NCBI RefSeq assembly: GCF_000485595.1 | Contig: NW_014577069.1 | Coordinates: forward strand, 491,484 to 555,483 | Length of the DNA stretch: 64,000 bases | Direction: 5' to 3' | DNA from: Priapulus caudatus | Taxonomy: Eukaryota | Translations under genes and position numbers: made by a program | In this document: piece after piece, positions 24,259-37,909 of the stretch | Layout: each line of letters begins with the position of its first letter | Numbering within the stretch: position 1 is the stretch's first letter | Notes under the pieces: generated by a model | Told to the model about the DNA's origin: nothing | Databases searched by the model: none | The model's input: the letters and a program-made list of their open reading frames with translations, nothing else

Positions 24259-26607
24259 GATTTTAGTCATATGAATCAACTGTGAATGCCTCACTAAATA
24301 GCGCGAGTATTGTATGCGTCGTCAAACGTCGACGATCGTTGTAATATACGTTAGAATTATGTTTGAATAAATATTGTGAAGTGATAATGGTTTTGTCAAG
24401 TTTATCTTTTAGTTCGCGAGAATTTACCAAATAGTAAATTATGCACGCAGTGTTGCACTCCTCAACATAGTGATGCATATCGTAATAGTTATCAGCAAAG
24501 TATGGCTAGTTATGTATAATGTTAAAACGACCGCTGAGATTTGTAGACCAATGAAACCAACGAAGGTAAAATAATTATATTAAAGTTGTACGAAATGAGG
24601 TGTTATAGATAACGCTATTCGGCCCATCTCCTTCAATTAGATATAATATAACTGAAATATTAATCATGTGATGAGTGAGCAGAATTCAGTCAATGTCTTA
24701 ATGTGTCGTGATAAAGTCAGAATAATTTAACACCATAATAATTCGCGTATTTAGCATACAATATAATAATGGTAACTAAGCGCAATTTCGAGTAAGGTAC
24801 TTGCAAATTATAATGTAGAGTGTAAATTAAATGTAGAGTGACGATATAACTTATACAAATTTAAATGCGGTAAATCTAATTCCTATATATTAAAAGATGT
24901 GTCTGTCTGACACACGCCTATCTGAACATGTAGTAATTATGGATATTCAGCAATAGCACAAGTGATCCAAATACACGCAAAGTTAGTTTGATAATATCAT
25001 TTATTCAGTCTTGCTCACACACATATACATGTATAAAAAATAAATTTTTACAAAATACATGCCTATGGCGAGTTTATCTCGTTTTTAAAGTAAAATCTTA
25101 TCCTACACATAAATTGCATCTTGTACTAAAATCATTTTGAGCAAAGATGTAATTAATAATAAATATGTATGTATATAAATATATAATATTGCTAGCGTTC
25201 GCACGTTCTAAGTAAACCGATAATTTAAAATTTTCATTTAATTTTTTTTCTCGAAATTGTACCCTCAAATTTAACGTTTGTATGACGAAATGTTACTTGG
25301 CATACGTCTACACTCCGGTATTAACAGTAAAAATAGTGCGTTTAGACAGTTCGACAATATTGCGTATCGCAGGTATAAAGGATTCCGTTATGGTGGCGAC
25401 AAAAATTAAGAACAGTTATAATACGGAACGTATATAAATGTATAAATGTTTAAACAAAGAATTTTTCATTGTGTGGGACAAAGTTTTGTATAAATTTTGT
25501 ATAAAGTAAAAATGTAGGACCAGCTGCATGCACAGGAACGTATCCATTTTGATGCAAGATCGATACAATATTTTTACATGCATTTTAGAGAATGTAATCA
25601 TACTGACAAATTCCACACTCAGTCGTTAGGGTTATATGATATTTTGATATAACTATCAATAATCAATTTTTCACGAATGTGTTGAGACATCTGCAGGCGC
25701 TGGTCAGAAACTTGCGGAACATAAAAATAATTTTTTCGATATTGCGTCTGTACGTGAGCCTTAAAGGTTATTGAAACACGCATCCATGTTAGTTTATACA
25801 ACCTTCACACACGCTGTGAGTCCACTAGTACGGTTAAACATCACAGGTGAAACTGGGAATATAATATAAATCCGGATTAAGACAGTGTATATATAATACT
25901 GGTGAATACGTCGAACTGGTGAACCGCACGCGCTCGATGATCACCGCATCGCAAGCAGCGTGCTAAGCAAACTTCTGAACTTATGATCGAGTACGAACCC
26001 AACCGTGTTATTTTTAATTGCTTCTATATAAACGGGCTTCAACGCCGATTCGGTTTACAGATTATTTACAGTTTGAGCGTAAAATAAGCTGCTAAAAACG
26101 AGATGAAACGTTCATATACACATTGGAGAATCTACACGCGCTTACTCTTCGTCTACTACGTCAGGCTTGCTTCCGCTATCGGCAATCGCTCCGATTTGGA
26201 ATCGTATAGAGATTTACTCCAGACGGAAAGCATGCTCGACCTATCTATCTTCTTACATTATTCCCCACATTACTAAGCCGCATAATTTCTAGTATCTGAT
26301 ACCAAATTAACGCTCGTAGGAATGTAGATAAATGTACTTTGGTGCTTCTCACCGCTAATGATTACTTTCGTAAAATTCTCATAAGCTGTTTACCGATTGG
26401 ACAAGATAAATGCGTTTGTTAACTTGACTATACGTACGCATCGCCCCCGGATAAACACGATATAATAATATCTGCATAGAATATCGCTAGTGTTAAAAGC
26501 TATAGATTCGTAATTATTATCATAAGGACAACTGCGCCGAGTACATATGAATCTAAATAATTATCCGCCGCGTGTTATTCGCTAGATGGCGCCACCGGGT
26601 GGTGCGG

Positions 26608-26995
26608 TTATTGTCCGAGAGGGACTCCCAGATACGGGTAGTGCGCAGGGCAGATGTCAGCGCAGGTGTGGAAGTAGCGGTCGCCGGGGTGCTCGGCGCT
26701 GTTCGGGGGCATGGTGACGTTGTAGTAAGCGCAAAAGCGCGGGTGATCGCACACCGGTTCCCTACTGCGCAGGAAGTCACAGTTGAAGGTATCGGCGGCG
26801 CGGCTTGAGCGGGTCGGGTTGCGGATCCATTCGATCGCCTGACTGATCGTCGTGAACCACACGTCCTCCTTACCTATGTGTACAAACACATTGATATTAT
26901 TATGATTATTATTATTTCCAAAGTGGATCACGGCATTAGCCGGTGGCTTCTGGGTTGACCGTGTCCCAACCTGGGAAACAGGGATTCAATCCAGA

Positions 26996-27049
<54 letters not shown>

Positions 27050-30000
27050 TGTAGTAGTAGTAGATATTATATTATATTATATTACGAAAAGTAGCGACAA
27101 TGATGGTCGTCGCTCGCATGGCCTGTTCTCATTCTTGCGATTCTGTAATAACTATTAACTGGTTCGTAAAATACGGGCTTAATCCCTATAGTCAGAGGGG
27201 ATGACCTTAATTTTGAATGATTCTTAGAAATGACCAAGTCGCGGTGAAAAGGACTATTGATGTCTTTACCTATCATGTCATCAATAAATTCTTGAAGAGC
27301 CTCCAAGTTGTATTGCGCTTCATAGAACCATCGTGGACGCACATGTATGGGGAATGGGGCTCTGTTACTCTGGTAGTGTCTATCGAAATTAGACCTGCAC
27401 GAAGAAAAAAACAGTATTATGTAATTAGAAAGTAAAGTCAAAACGAATTGTCCCGAAAAAGTCGTTCATGTTGTGCCAACTTAAGAAGAACAATGGTTCT
27501 ACAAATTACAGTTATTATAACTACATAATTATTTTATTAGATGTTATAGTGCGTGCATTATATTAGCACCTGAGAAGTTCGAGAGCCTCCTCCTTGTTCT
27601 CTGGGAAGTAGCAGTTGTCGACAGATGCACAGACGGTATTGTTTGTATCCAAATAGTCGACCATGGGGACTTCCCACACTCCGGGAAACGCGGCGGTAGG
27701 ACAGGGAGGCACTACGCATTCCTGAGTTGATCTAGTGTAGAAATTTAACACATGGTAAGATGGAGATTGTAGTATTCAGATGCTGACAAGTGAAGATTCC
27801 CACTATTTGCGTAACTATTAAACAGCGACGGCGGAGTAACTGCTTTAACAGACAACGACTGGCGATGAACAACATAGGAGAAGTGGTTAAGTTGTGATAT
27901 ATCTATCAATTTACGAAGAGTTTACCGTCCTTGTGAGCACCAGACGAAATGAGGAAAACTTTTTTAAATGACTGATAAACCTAAATTGCCAAGTAACCGC
28001 AGGCTAGCCTAGCTATGTATTGAAGGGACATGAAACCTCGTGTATATGCGCGCTAGCGGCTGTACCTGTAATCGAGAGTGTAGGGCCACATTGGCGGATT
28101 CATCTGCTGGGTCGGCCACGAATTGTCCCACTGGAATCCCTCGTCCTTCAACATGGCGAACTGCATGTTGCCACCGAGCTGCGGTGGCAAGTATAAAAGG
28201 GAGAAAAAACCCAGAGAGTACGATGAGAGGTGCACAAACGCGTCGTGTCCATGTAATGTCATTTATCGCCGATGTTTACACATACCACCACTGTACAAGT
28301 GTAGTAGAATATATTTATTAGTGGTTGCGCGTTTTAGAAAGTGTTGTTACAAAACCGAATAAAAATAAGATACTATGGCAGAAAAACGAAACCCATGTAA
28401 TCAGATTGCACAGTGACTGAAATGATATTCCAGTATATTCCAGACCATCTCGAGTAATTTTTTTCATCGAATGCTTAAGTCGCCCGACCGCAACTCACAC
28501 TACCGTAAGCCTAAAACCTGTGAGCATAACTCACAATACAACATGCCAATAAATGATACGTGAGACTAAGTTCGTATGAGATATGTAGTATAGACTATGA
28601 TTATGCATCTATACGTCTACTATGCCTCTATACATCTACTATGCCTCTATACATCTACTATGCCTCTATACATCTACTACGCCTCTATACATCTACTATG
28701 CCTCTATACATCTACTATGCCTCTATACATCTACTATGCCTCTATACATCTACTATGCCTCTATACATCTACTATGCCTCTATACATCTACTATGCCTCT
28801 ATACATCTACTATGCCTCTATACATCTACTACGCCTCTATACATCTACTATGCCTCTATACATCTACTATGCCTCTATACATCTACTACGCCTCTATACG
28901 TCCACTATGCCTCTATACATCTACTATTACTATACTATCGTATGACTATATATCGCACGAGACTCGATGCGATGTAATCCCGATAATGCGATTGTTGGCA
29001 AAGCATCGTACGTACCTGTAGGTAGGGTGCGCGCATGCCTTTCACATCGGCCGGGTTGATGCGAGCCAGGGACTGCATCGTGCTGCGGTGATCGGCAATC
29101 TCTGCCTGCCACACGTGCTGCGGGGCGTCGCGCCAGTAGGATGCTGGAGACTGGTGGCTGCGAGGCAAAACACGCGGCCGCGCAACCCGCATTATTTACC
29201 CCGCATTAATTACCCAGTATTAATTGCTCCGTATTAACTACTCCGTATTAATTACCCCGTATTAATTACCCCGTATTAATTACCCCGTATTAATTACCCT
29301 GTATTAATTACCCGAGATATTTACGCCGTAGCGATGATGTCTCGCATCGCGGTCGTTGAACTTGGGAAATGAACGAGAGGAGGCAGACATTCTATAGCAG
29401 TTAATATCACCTCTACTTCTTCTCTTCGATGCGAGTCAGCTATATACACGTAACGTACCTGAGAGATAACGAGGCGATTTCGACACCCTGGGTGTATAGT
29501 CCTTGAAGGACTACGAACTCGGTGAACTGGTTAATGTCGAAGAATGTGGCTCCGAGCGGACAGCCATTAGCGTTGGTTCTAGGTACGCGGCGCCTGTCGC
29601 GTCCGATTTTGTTGAAGATCTATTAACACGTTCCATGCGAAACTTGATGTAAAACATTAGAGAATATGCGAAAAATCCAGCACGGGGCGATAGATCCCTT
29701 GTTAACAAGGCAACGTTAAACGTGTTAACGAATGAGTGTTGCTGGCGTATATGAGGCCATTGTGTGGTACATGACGCACGAAAACGGGTTAGCTAGACTT
29801 AGTGATCTTTGATAATGCTTAGATCTGGCGAAAATTCATCCCCCGATAAAACCTTTTTTAGTCTTACGTGTTCAGATAATATTCAATTCAATAGCCGTGG
29901 AACAGAACGCGAATCGATGAGAATCTCAGAGAACACGATATAGCGCAAAAACGAACGATAAGCCGGAATCAATTTCGAACAACAGTCACAGTAAAATCAC

Positions 30001-33000
30001 AGTTAACGTAGTCACTTGGATACGAGAATTGCCAGTGAAAATCCTACTCGAAGTAAAATGGTTTGCCGCGTCGAGACTATTATGCACAACGTTATAAGAT
30101 GTGCGCGAAGTAGAAGTACTCTAAAAACCCCACGGTTGCCGAAGCATATAATCAGACAAAGAAAGAAGGTAGGGAAGCTCTTAAATGCCGGCAACAACAA
30201 CAACACGTAGTTACGCAATTAAAATAGCCGGATGTAGATTTTATCATGGGCATCATGTATTTCTTAAAGCAAACGGCAGATGTATACAAACGGGTTTGCA
30301 CTCACATGGTAACGCGTTTATTTTGGAATGCGATCATCTAATTGCTATTAAACTTCCCCCACTAAGCTCCACGGTTGATAGAATCGCGAAGTATTTTCTC
30401 AAAATGGAAAAGTGATGGGCCTCTCAAGGAAAATGCTTTTTTGAGGAGCAAGCAAAGTTACTACAGATGGCAGCCAAAGCTGCGCAGGTTTAGGCAACTT
30501 AAGCTTTTTCCTTTAGTCCACTAGTGATATGATTGCACGCGCTACACTCTAATAGTTTCATAACCGTATTTCAGCAAAGGGTTCAGAAATCTGCCAAATA
30601 ATTAAAAAGTGTACCCCATGTGAGGACACGATGCCTTATCCATTGGGCCACTGGGTCTGTATGTGAGTAGTTTTACACATATTCATCTTAAATATCGATA
30701 TGGGAATATAAGATTGAGCAGAGTAAGAATTTGTAGCATAGGTAGAACTTGGGTTAAACAATTTTTTTTACTAAACTTTATCATCTTATTAGCGACATCG
30801 GTTTTATATATATCCACATTAGCAGACAGCCGAAACTTTATTATGTGTTGTACCAGTAGAGCTATGATTCTAAGTTACGTGCCAGTAGTTCCATATACGT
30901 CTGCCACTAATGATGTTTAGTGGGAGATTTTAGAATTTATCGTTGAAACATAACTCAAGTATGATCCAAACCAACATCCCCTGTTTGGGAAATGTTCTAT
31001 CCGCTGGGCCACTATGGCTCTGGTTGTTTTACTTAAATTCCAGTAGTTTTGTATGGAACATTTATTGTTTACGGTGCATTGTAATTTTAGTGACAGCAGT
31101 TTTATATGTATCCACCCGTAACAGAAACCTGACGCCGTATGTGTTGGTCCACTAGTAATGCGATTGCGTAGATTACATGCCAGCAGATAACTGTACTCAC
31201 TAGCGGATTAAGGGCGGGGCAACAGGGGCACGTGCCCCGGGCCCCCCACATTTGGGGCCCCCCACATTTAGAGTATCCTAAAATTTACAAAACTGTCGTA
31301 ATTGTAATCCACAAAATTCTTAGCATGTAACGTTGAAGTGATGCGTTTCCCATGCTGTTTCTCTGACTGAATTTTGCTGCTCAGCTGAAGGACACTTTCC
31401 CTAATACCGAAATTGCTCTGAGAATCTATCTTTCATTGATGGTCATGAATTGTAGCGGTGAAAGGTCATTTTCAAAACTCAAGTTGATTAAAAATCACAT
31501 GAGAACCACGATGAGCCAACAGAGACTGGTAAACCTCAGTATTCTCGCTATCGAAAGTGACATTTTAAATTCGTTGAAACACGATGAAATACTCTCTGAA
31601 TTTGCAAGCATGAAAGTGCAGAAAAAATACAGACTATAAGGGCCCCCACACAATTGCGTGCCCCGGGCCCCCCACACGCTTAGTCCGGCCCTGACTGTAC
31701 TATATCATTGGTATAGCCAAATGAACCACACGAAAAAAACCTGAAAGTGTACCCCAGGTTAGGACTCGAACCAACAATCCCCGGTTTAAGAGACCGATGC
31801 CTTATCCATTGGGCCACTGGGGCTGTAATATTTATCTCGTGCGTGCATCTCTGCTTTTCGCTGCATCTTACAATTAAAAAATTGCGTAAAGTTGATGTTA
31901 CTCTGGTGAGACATGAACTCAGTAGACACACTTTATCTATTAGGCAACTAGGGCTGTGATTGTTTCACATCAATTCCAGTGTTTCCATGGCAATCTGTCT
32001 TAAATGGTGTTACGGCGATTGCAAGAGTTACATGGCAGTAGTTCATTTAATACCTATTGATCAATGATGTAATTTAAGGAAAGCATTTAGAATTCAGCTA
32101 AATGAACGAAAATATACCCCAGGTGGGACTCGAACCCACAATCCCCGGTTTAGGAAACCGATGCCTTATCCATTGGGCCACTGGGGCTGTATGGAGTTTG
32201 ACATACATTCAAGTAATTTTAAACCCACCTATCTTAAATATCGTTGGGTCAATATTCAATGGGTCAAAGAAAGAACTTTTATCATAGATGGAATCCGAAT
32301 AATCAATTTTTGATTAGGAGACCGATGTACGTTATTGATATTGTACGTTATTGATATTTTCTGTTACGTCACTGATATTGTACATGCACGAGTAATAAGC
32401 AAGCAGTGTGATGTTTATCCACCGTTAATGTTGTTAAGGTAAAATGTAATTCTTAGTGCGAAGTTCTAGCACAGACGGCTGCGATGCGAACCCACGACAA
32501 CTAGCTTAGGACGTCAGTTGACTTAACCGTTTGAGCGAGATATCACATCTCCTAAGATATCGTTGCTAAGTCGCGCAAGCCAAGAAGTTTTATGTGTTTT
32601 TTTTCCGCGCGTGAACCTGCGGCACTTCGTTACTCAGCTTCGTTTTTAGAATGCCCTATAAGAACGCTGATTGGCTAGAACCGCATATAAATTAGTGTTC
32701 CGAATCACCGCCACTCGGACTGTGATTTGGTCATCTACATACTAGCCGTCTAATGGGAATCTATTTTACGTAGAGACAAGGTAAAATTTAATCGGCCAAT
32801 GATTGAAAAGTGTACCCCAGGTGGGACTCGAACCCACAATCCCCGGTTTAGGAGACCGATGCCTTATCCATTGGGCCACTGGGGCTGTGATTTTCAGATG
32901 CTGCGTGCATCTGAGCTCCTCGTGTGCATGCTGCATCTCACAATTAAAGAATTGCGTAAAATCGAGGTTTCTCTGGTGATTCCTGAACCCAATAGTCACC

Positions 33001-36000
33001 CTCTTCCCGCATATGAGATTAATTTTGTGTTCGTTTATATAATCTATACGTTCTTTGTAATTTAACCCTGGGCAATATGGCCTATATGAGCATTTATAAG
33101 TGTCTTTCAAAGAATTGCGGTGATTCCCAATAAGCAATTGCCTAAACATCGAACGAGCACTGTCAGATATTTCACGAGTAGTTTTTTAGCAATGAAGAGT
33201 TGGCATTGAGAGGAGTTTTTTTTAGAAAGATTTCGCGCAATCAGCGATCAACGTTCTCACCTGCAGGTACAGGTGCTGATAGTCCTCTATACGCGCAGCT
33301 CCCTCGAAGGTCAGTAGAACAATCTGTGGTATTTCACTAGGCAGCAGCCCTCCAGGAATGTCGGTGCCCGAGCAGCGACAGTCGGGCAGTTTGCAATCGT
33401 CGGGGTTGCACGGAGCCGCTGGCGGATATAGCACACGATTTAAACGAATTAATGTTTATTATCGCGCACAAAAATCCGTAGGAAATCCATAGTAAGCGAC
33501 GACGGGACAATCGCCGGTGTAATTTTACAATTTCGTTTTTTAGAAACTGGCAGAACGAGTTCAGAGCTGGCCATGCAAGGTACACTAAGACATATAATAG
33601 CCGAGCACAGATCACACGCCCATCGTCGTGTCTGTTAAACACAGAGTGCTCGCAAACATGACATGGTAAATTTGCGCTGCAATTAAACGAAAACGGTCGC
33701 GGGGAGAAATCCTAATTGCACAAACAGACACAATACCTTTCCGATATTAGCACACGCCGAACTTTAATTGGTCAATTGACATCACGAGTGTAGTATTTAT
33801 AAAACACCGTCCCTCGAATGCGTGCGCGCAGTTTCGGCGCGTCTAAACGTACGTAATGATCGCTATAGACATACCGCAGCCCCTCTCGTCGCTACCGTCC
33901 TTGCATTGCTGAAAGCCGTCACAGATCTCCGTGTAGCCAATGCACTCCTCGTAAGTGCCGGGGCAGTAGACATCGCAAGCTCCTAAATGCAGGTACAGTC
34001 GCTATTACAATGAGGTCCGTGTAACAGTTGTTACGGTTACGACTCGCTTGCGTGAAGACACAATCAACCTAGAGCTTTACTTAAGAATTAAGAGATAGAG
34101 GGCAAAGAGAGAGAGAGAGGGAGAGCGATTGAAAGAGAGGTTGAACGAGTTTTAGAGTACTTACCACTCTTTGGTATGTCACCGCCCTCGCCACGTGGGG
34201 CATTGTACGTAAAACCACAAGCGTCGTTATATGCCCTTTCCGGCCGCTCACATCTTCCATTGTGACGATCAGACTGGCTCCAAATTGTACCTGCACGTAC
34301 ATAAATCACTTGAATTTGCTTTCCTAACTTCGTTTTCTCGTGTTATTTCAATCACGTCCAGCTTTCCGTGACCGTTAAATAGAGTCAAGTTATCAACAAA
34401 ATTACCGTATTTCGGGGCAGTGACTTTAATTGTTAATTAGCAAAATCGACTGGTTTTGCAACAGCAGAGAGTTTAGAATTTATTAATGACTTTACCTGTC
34501 GGACAGAAGCTTATTCGTGGCCAGCTATGATCACAGTAGTAGAACACTGCACAGTCGGACGGGTCGGCGACGAACGTTGCGTTGCCGCCATCACTAGCGC
34601 AGCCGATCTCTGCCTCTATCGGCACACCGAAGCGCTTAGTCAACTTGTGCGAAACCGCCGCGACTGCAAAACAAGTAAAGACAGCACAGCATGTAGATAG
34701 CTGCCTATGCCGAAGGTACGCCCCCAGGTAGATGGTGATCAGCACCGGGGATAGCTGCCTATGACGGAGGTACGTCTCTAGGCAGATTGCTGATGGTGAC
34801 TCACCAATCAAACGGACGTGCCTCGCTAGTGCAGGTAAATTGCGTACTTCCTCCGTGGGGTGGCCAGAAACCTGACCGCCTCAGGTAATCAATGCGCGAG
34901 GCAATAGCTGGTCGGTCATTGGTGACGGTGAACGAACGTGATCAAGGGCGAGACGCAGGTGTGCCAATATAGAAGATCATGATGCAGGTTGGCATGCGCG
35001 ACAGATAATGTGCACGAGCGATTCCGCGCGATGTCGCAGGAAACACTTCCCCCCTCCCATCATCGCTCGCATCAGCACGCGAATCGGACGCTGGGGTTGA
35101 TGATTAGTCACGCTGTAGTCACGCTAATTATGATATATGTTGATGACATGCTGATATAGGTTTGATGATATAATGATATAAGTTTGATGATGTAATGACA
35201 TAAGTTTGATGACATGTTGACATAACTTTGATGATATGATGATACAAGTTTGATGATGTAATGATATAACTTTGTTGATATGATAATATATGTTTGAAGA
35301 CATGATGATAGAAGTTTGACGATAAGATAATATAGGTTTGATGATAATGGCGTGAGACGCGAGTAAAGTTGTAGTGACAGTAGCCAACGGATTATCTACA
35401 ACTATAACTGCGAAAATGTGTATGATTTAAATCAAGCGCTAATAATACATGTATTATGTACAATATACGTACATGTATTATTAGTTTTTGATCAAATTAT
35501 GCTATCTCACCTGCGGCGTAATTAGAATTTATGAAGCGCTAAGCTATATCGTATTTTTTACAGTAATTATATCGCACATGCGAATCTGGGATAATAAAAA
35601 AAAACTCGATGTATTGACGAAACGCGTTAGATATCACTGGCCCCCGATATCGGTATGATATCATTGCCCCCCCCCCCGATATCGGCATGATATTCATCCA
35701 GACACAGAGCATGCTTGGTTAGCGAGAAGTATGCGAGGAGAGAGAGAGAGAGTTACAACGGTCACGTGCGTGAGCCGTAGTACAAGTGTATCGCTGTGGT
35801 TTCTGGAGTCTCGAAACATCGTCGCGACATTCTTGCACGAACTGCGCTCGCACCTAAAGCTGAAATATAAAAAGTCGACCAAAAATTTCGATCTAGTTGC
35901 ACTCGCAGCACGGTAACCGATCGCACGCTCGTTATACCGACGAATAAAAAAAAACTCGAAATCATTTTGCTGGTTGTAGCAGATGTCCGAAATTCTCCGT

Positions 36001-37085
36001 GCGGCCATTCTACAAACCCCGCTATATTGTAACTATTGAAGGCCTTCTTCTGAATGCAGTTACTCTCTGTAATAACACTGCATGGTCCTCTATTTGTCAA
36101 TGGATACTCCGTTACGTTTAAGTAGTAATTCTTATCTGGACAATAAAGACCTATGAACGAAATGCTCCTAAAATATATAATGTATAGCACTACGAAACGA
36201 TTAGTAAGACTGCACCCTTGCGCTGCTGATATAAATACGACCTATCAATAACAATGATTGACAATAATAGTAGACTCCGACCAACACCCCCTAAACAAAT
36301 GTAAAAAAACAGGTGAAATACGTCATTGTTGACCCCGAAATCCTTCCTCATTCGTCACATCGTGCGACGCAGTCACCGTTTAGCGTGTCAGCTTGACGAG
36401 ACCGAAATGCTAACGGGTGACAAACGCATCTGTCACGGTCCACGAGTCACACGCGCGCGTGGGTGTCTCTTCATTAGGTGTCGATGGAATCGCGCAAGAT
36501 ACGCACTCCTTCAGCGCCGCGTAGCATATGCAGATATACGCGTCACTTCATTCGTTATCGGTCCATTCAGGTCGTGCATCGCTGCTATATATGTAGCTTA
36601 TTAGCGACTATTATAGTCAGTACCGGAATAAAACAAGGGGTGTAAAACGGACTTTTTTTTACATAATAAAATCACTAAACACTTATACCACAAGATACGA
36701 ACGATTGTAGTGGTGGATAGAAATAATGGCAGCACACACAATAAGAACACACAATAAGAACCCAATAAGAACACAATACAATCATGAAGACAACGTATTC
36801 AGCGTCATATTTATGTCATAATTATAAAGAAAGAGATCTTTTTCGAATTTTGCACAGGGGAGAGATAGTGATCCGCTAGGGGACGGCTCTGATTGACTAA
36901 TGTTGTCTCTTATTTATTTTATTATTTATTATTTTTGGCTAATTTTGTTTTATTTTAGAATTAGGGATAGGGTTAGGGTTAGGGTTAGAGTTAGGGTTAA
37001 CTGATTTCTATATCCACAACTTATTTCTATATTATACTATCTCTCCCTTGAGACCTACTAATTTTTTTTTACTAAGCTGATCTAG

Positions 37086-37178
<93 letters not shown>

Positions 37179-37868
37179 NNNNNNNNNNNNNNNNNNNNNN
37201 NNNNNNNNNNNNNNNNNNNNNNNNNNNNNNNNNNNNNNNNNNNNNNNNNNNNNNNNNNNNNNNNNNNNNNNNNNNNNNNNNNNNNNNNNNNNNNNNNNNN
37301 NNNNNNNNNNNNNNNNNNNNNNNNNNNNNNNNNNNNNNNNNNNNNNNNNNNNNNNNNNNNNNNNNNNNNNNNNNNNNNNNNNNNNNNNNNNNNNNNNNNN
37401 NNNNNNNNNNNNNNNNNNNNNNNNNNNNNNNNNNNNNNNNNNNNNNNNNNNNNNNNNNNNNNNNNNNNNNNNNNNNNNNNNNNNNNNNNNNNNNNNNNNN
37501 NNNNNNNNNNNNNNNNNNNNNNNNNNNNNNNNNNNNNNNNNNNNNNNNNNNNNNNNNNNNNNNNNNNNNNNNNNNNNNNNNNNNNNNNNNNNNNNNNNNN
37601 NNNNNNNNNNNNNNNNNNNNNNNNNNNNNNNNNNNNNNNNNNNNNNNNNNNNNNNNNNNNNNNNNNNNNNNNNNNNNNNNNNNNNNNNNNNNNNNNNNNN
37701 NNNNNNNNNNNNNNNNNNNNNNNNNNNNNNNNNNNNNNNNNNNNNNNNNNNNNNNNNNNNNNNNNNNNNNNNNNNNNNNNNNNNNNNNNNNNNNNNNNNN
37801 NNNNNNNNNNNNNNNNNNNNNNNNNNNNNNNNNNNNNNNCTATACTACTTACTACTTATTATTATATA

Positions 37869-37909
<41 letters not shown>

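Noticed and set aside
24870..25215. Possible Helitron-like ends (also near 14621)
   Set aside because: A 5' TC..TATA..AAAG-like start is present, but there is no clear 3' hairpin plus CTRR.
28605..29315. Regular repeats as a possible CRISPR array
   Set aside because: Head-to-tail units with no unique spacers, in eukaryotic introns, with no cas genes.
35505..35580. Candidate first exon of the CDA gene (CAG|gtgag donor)
   Set aside because: The upstream ATG frame hits a stop and gives no signal peptide. 41229-41190 fits better, with a TATA box and the right phase.
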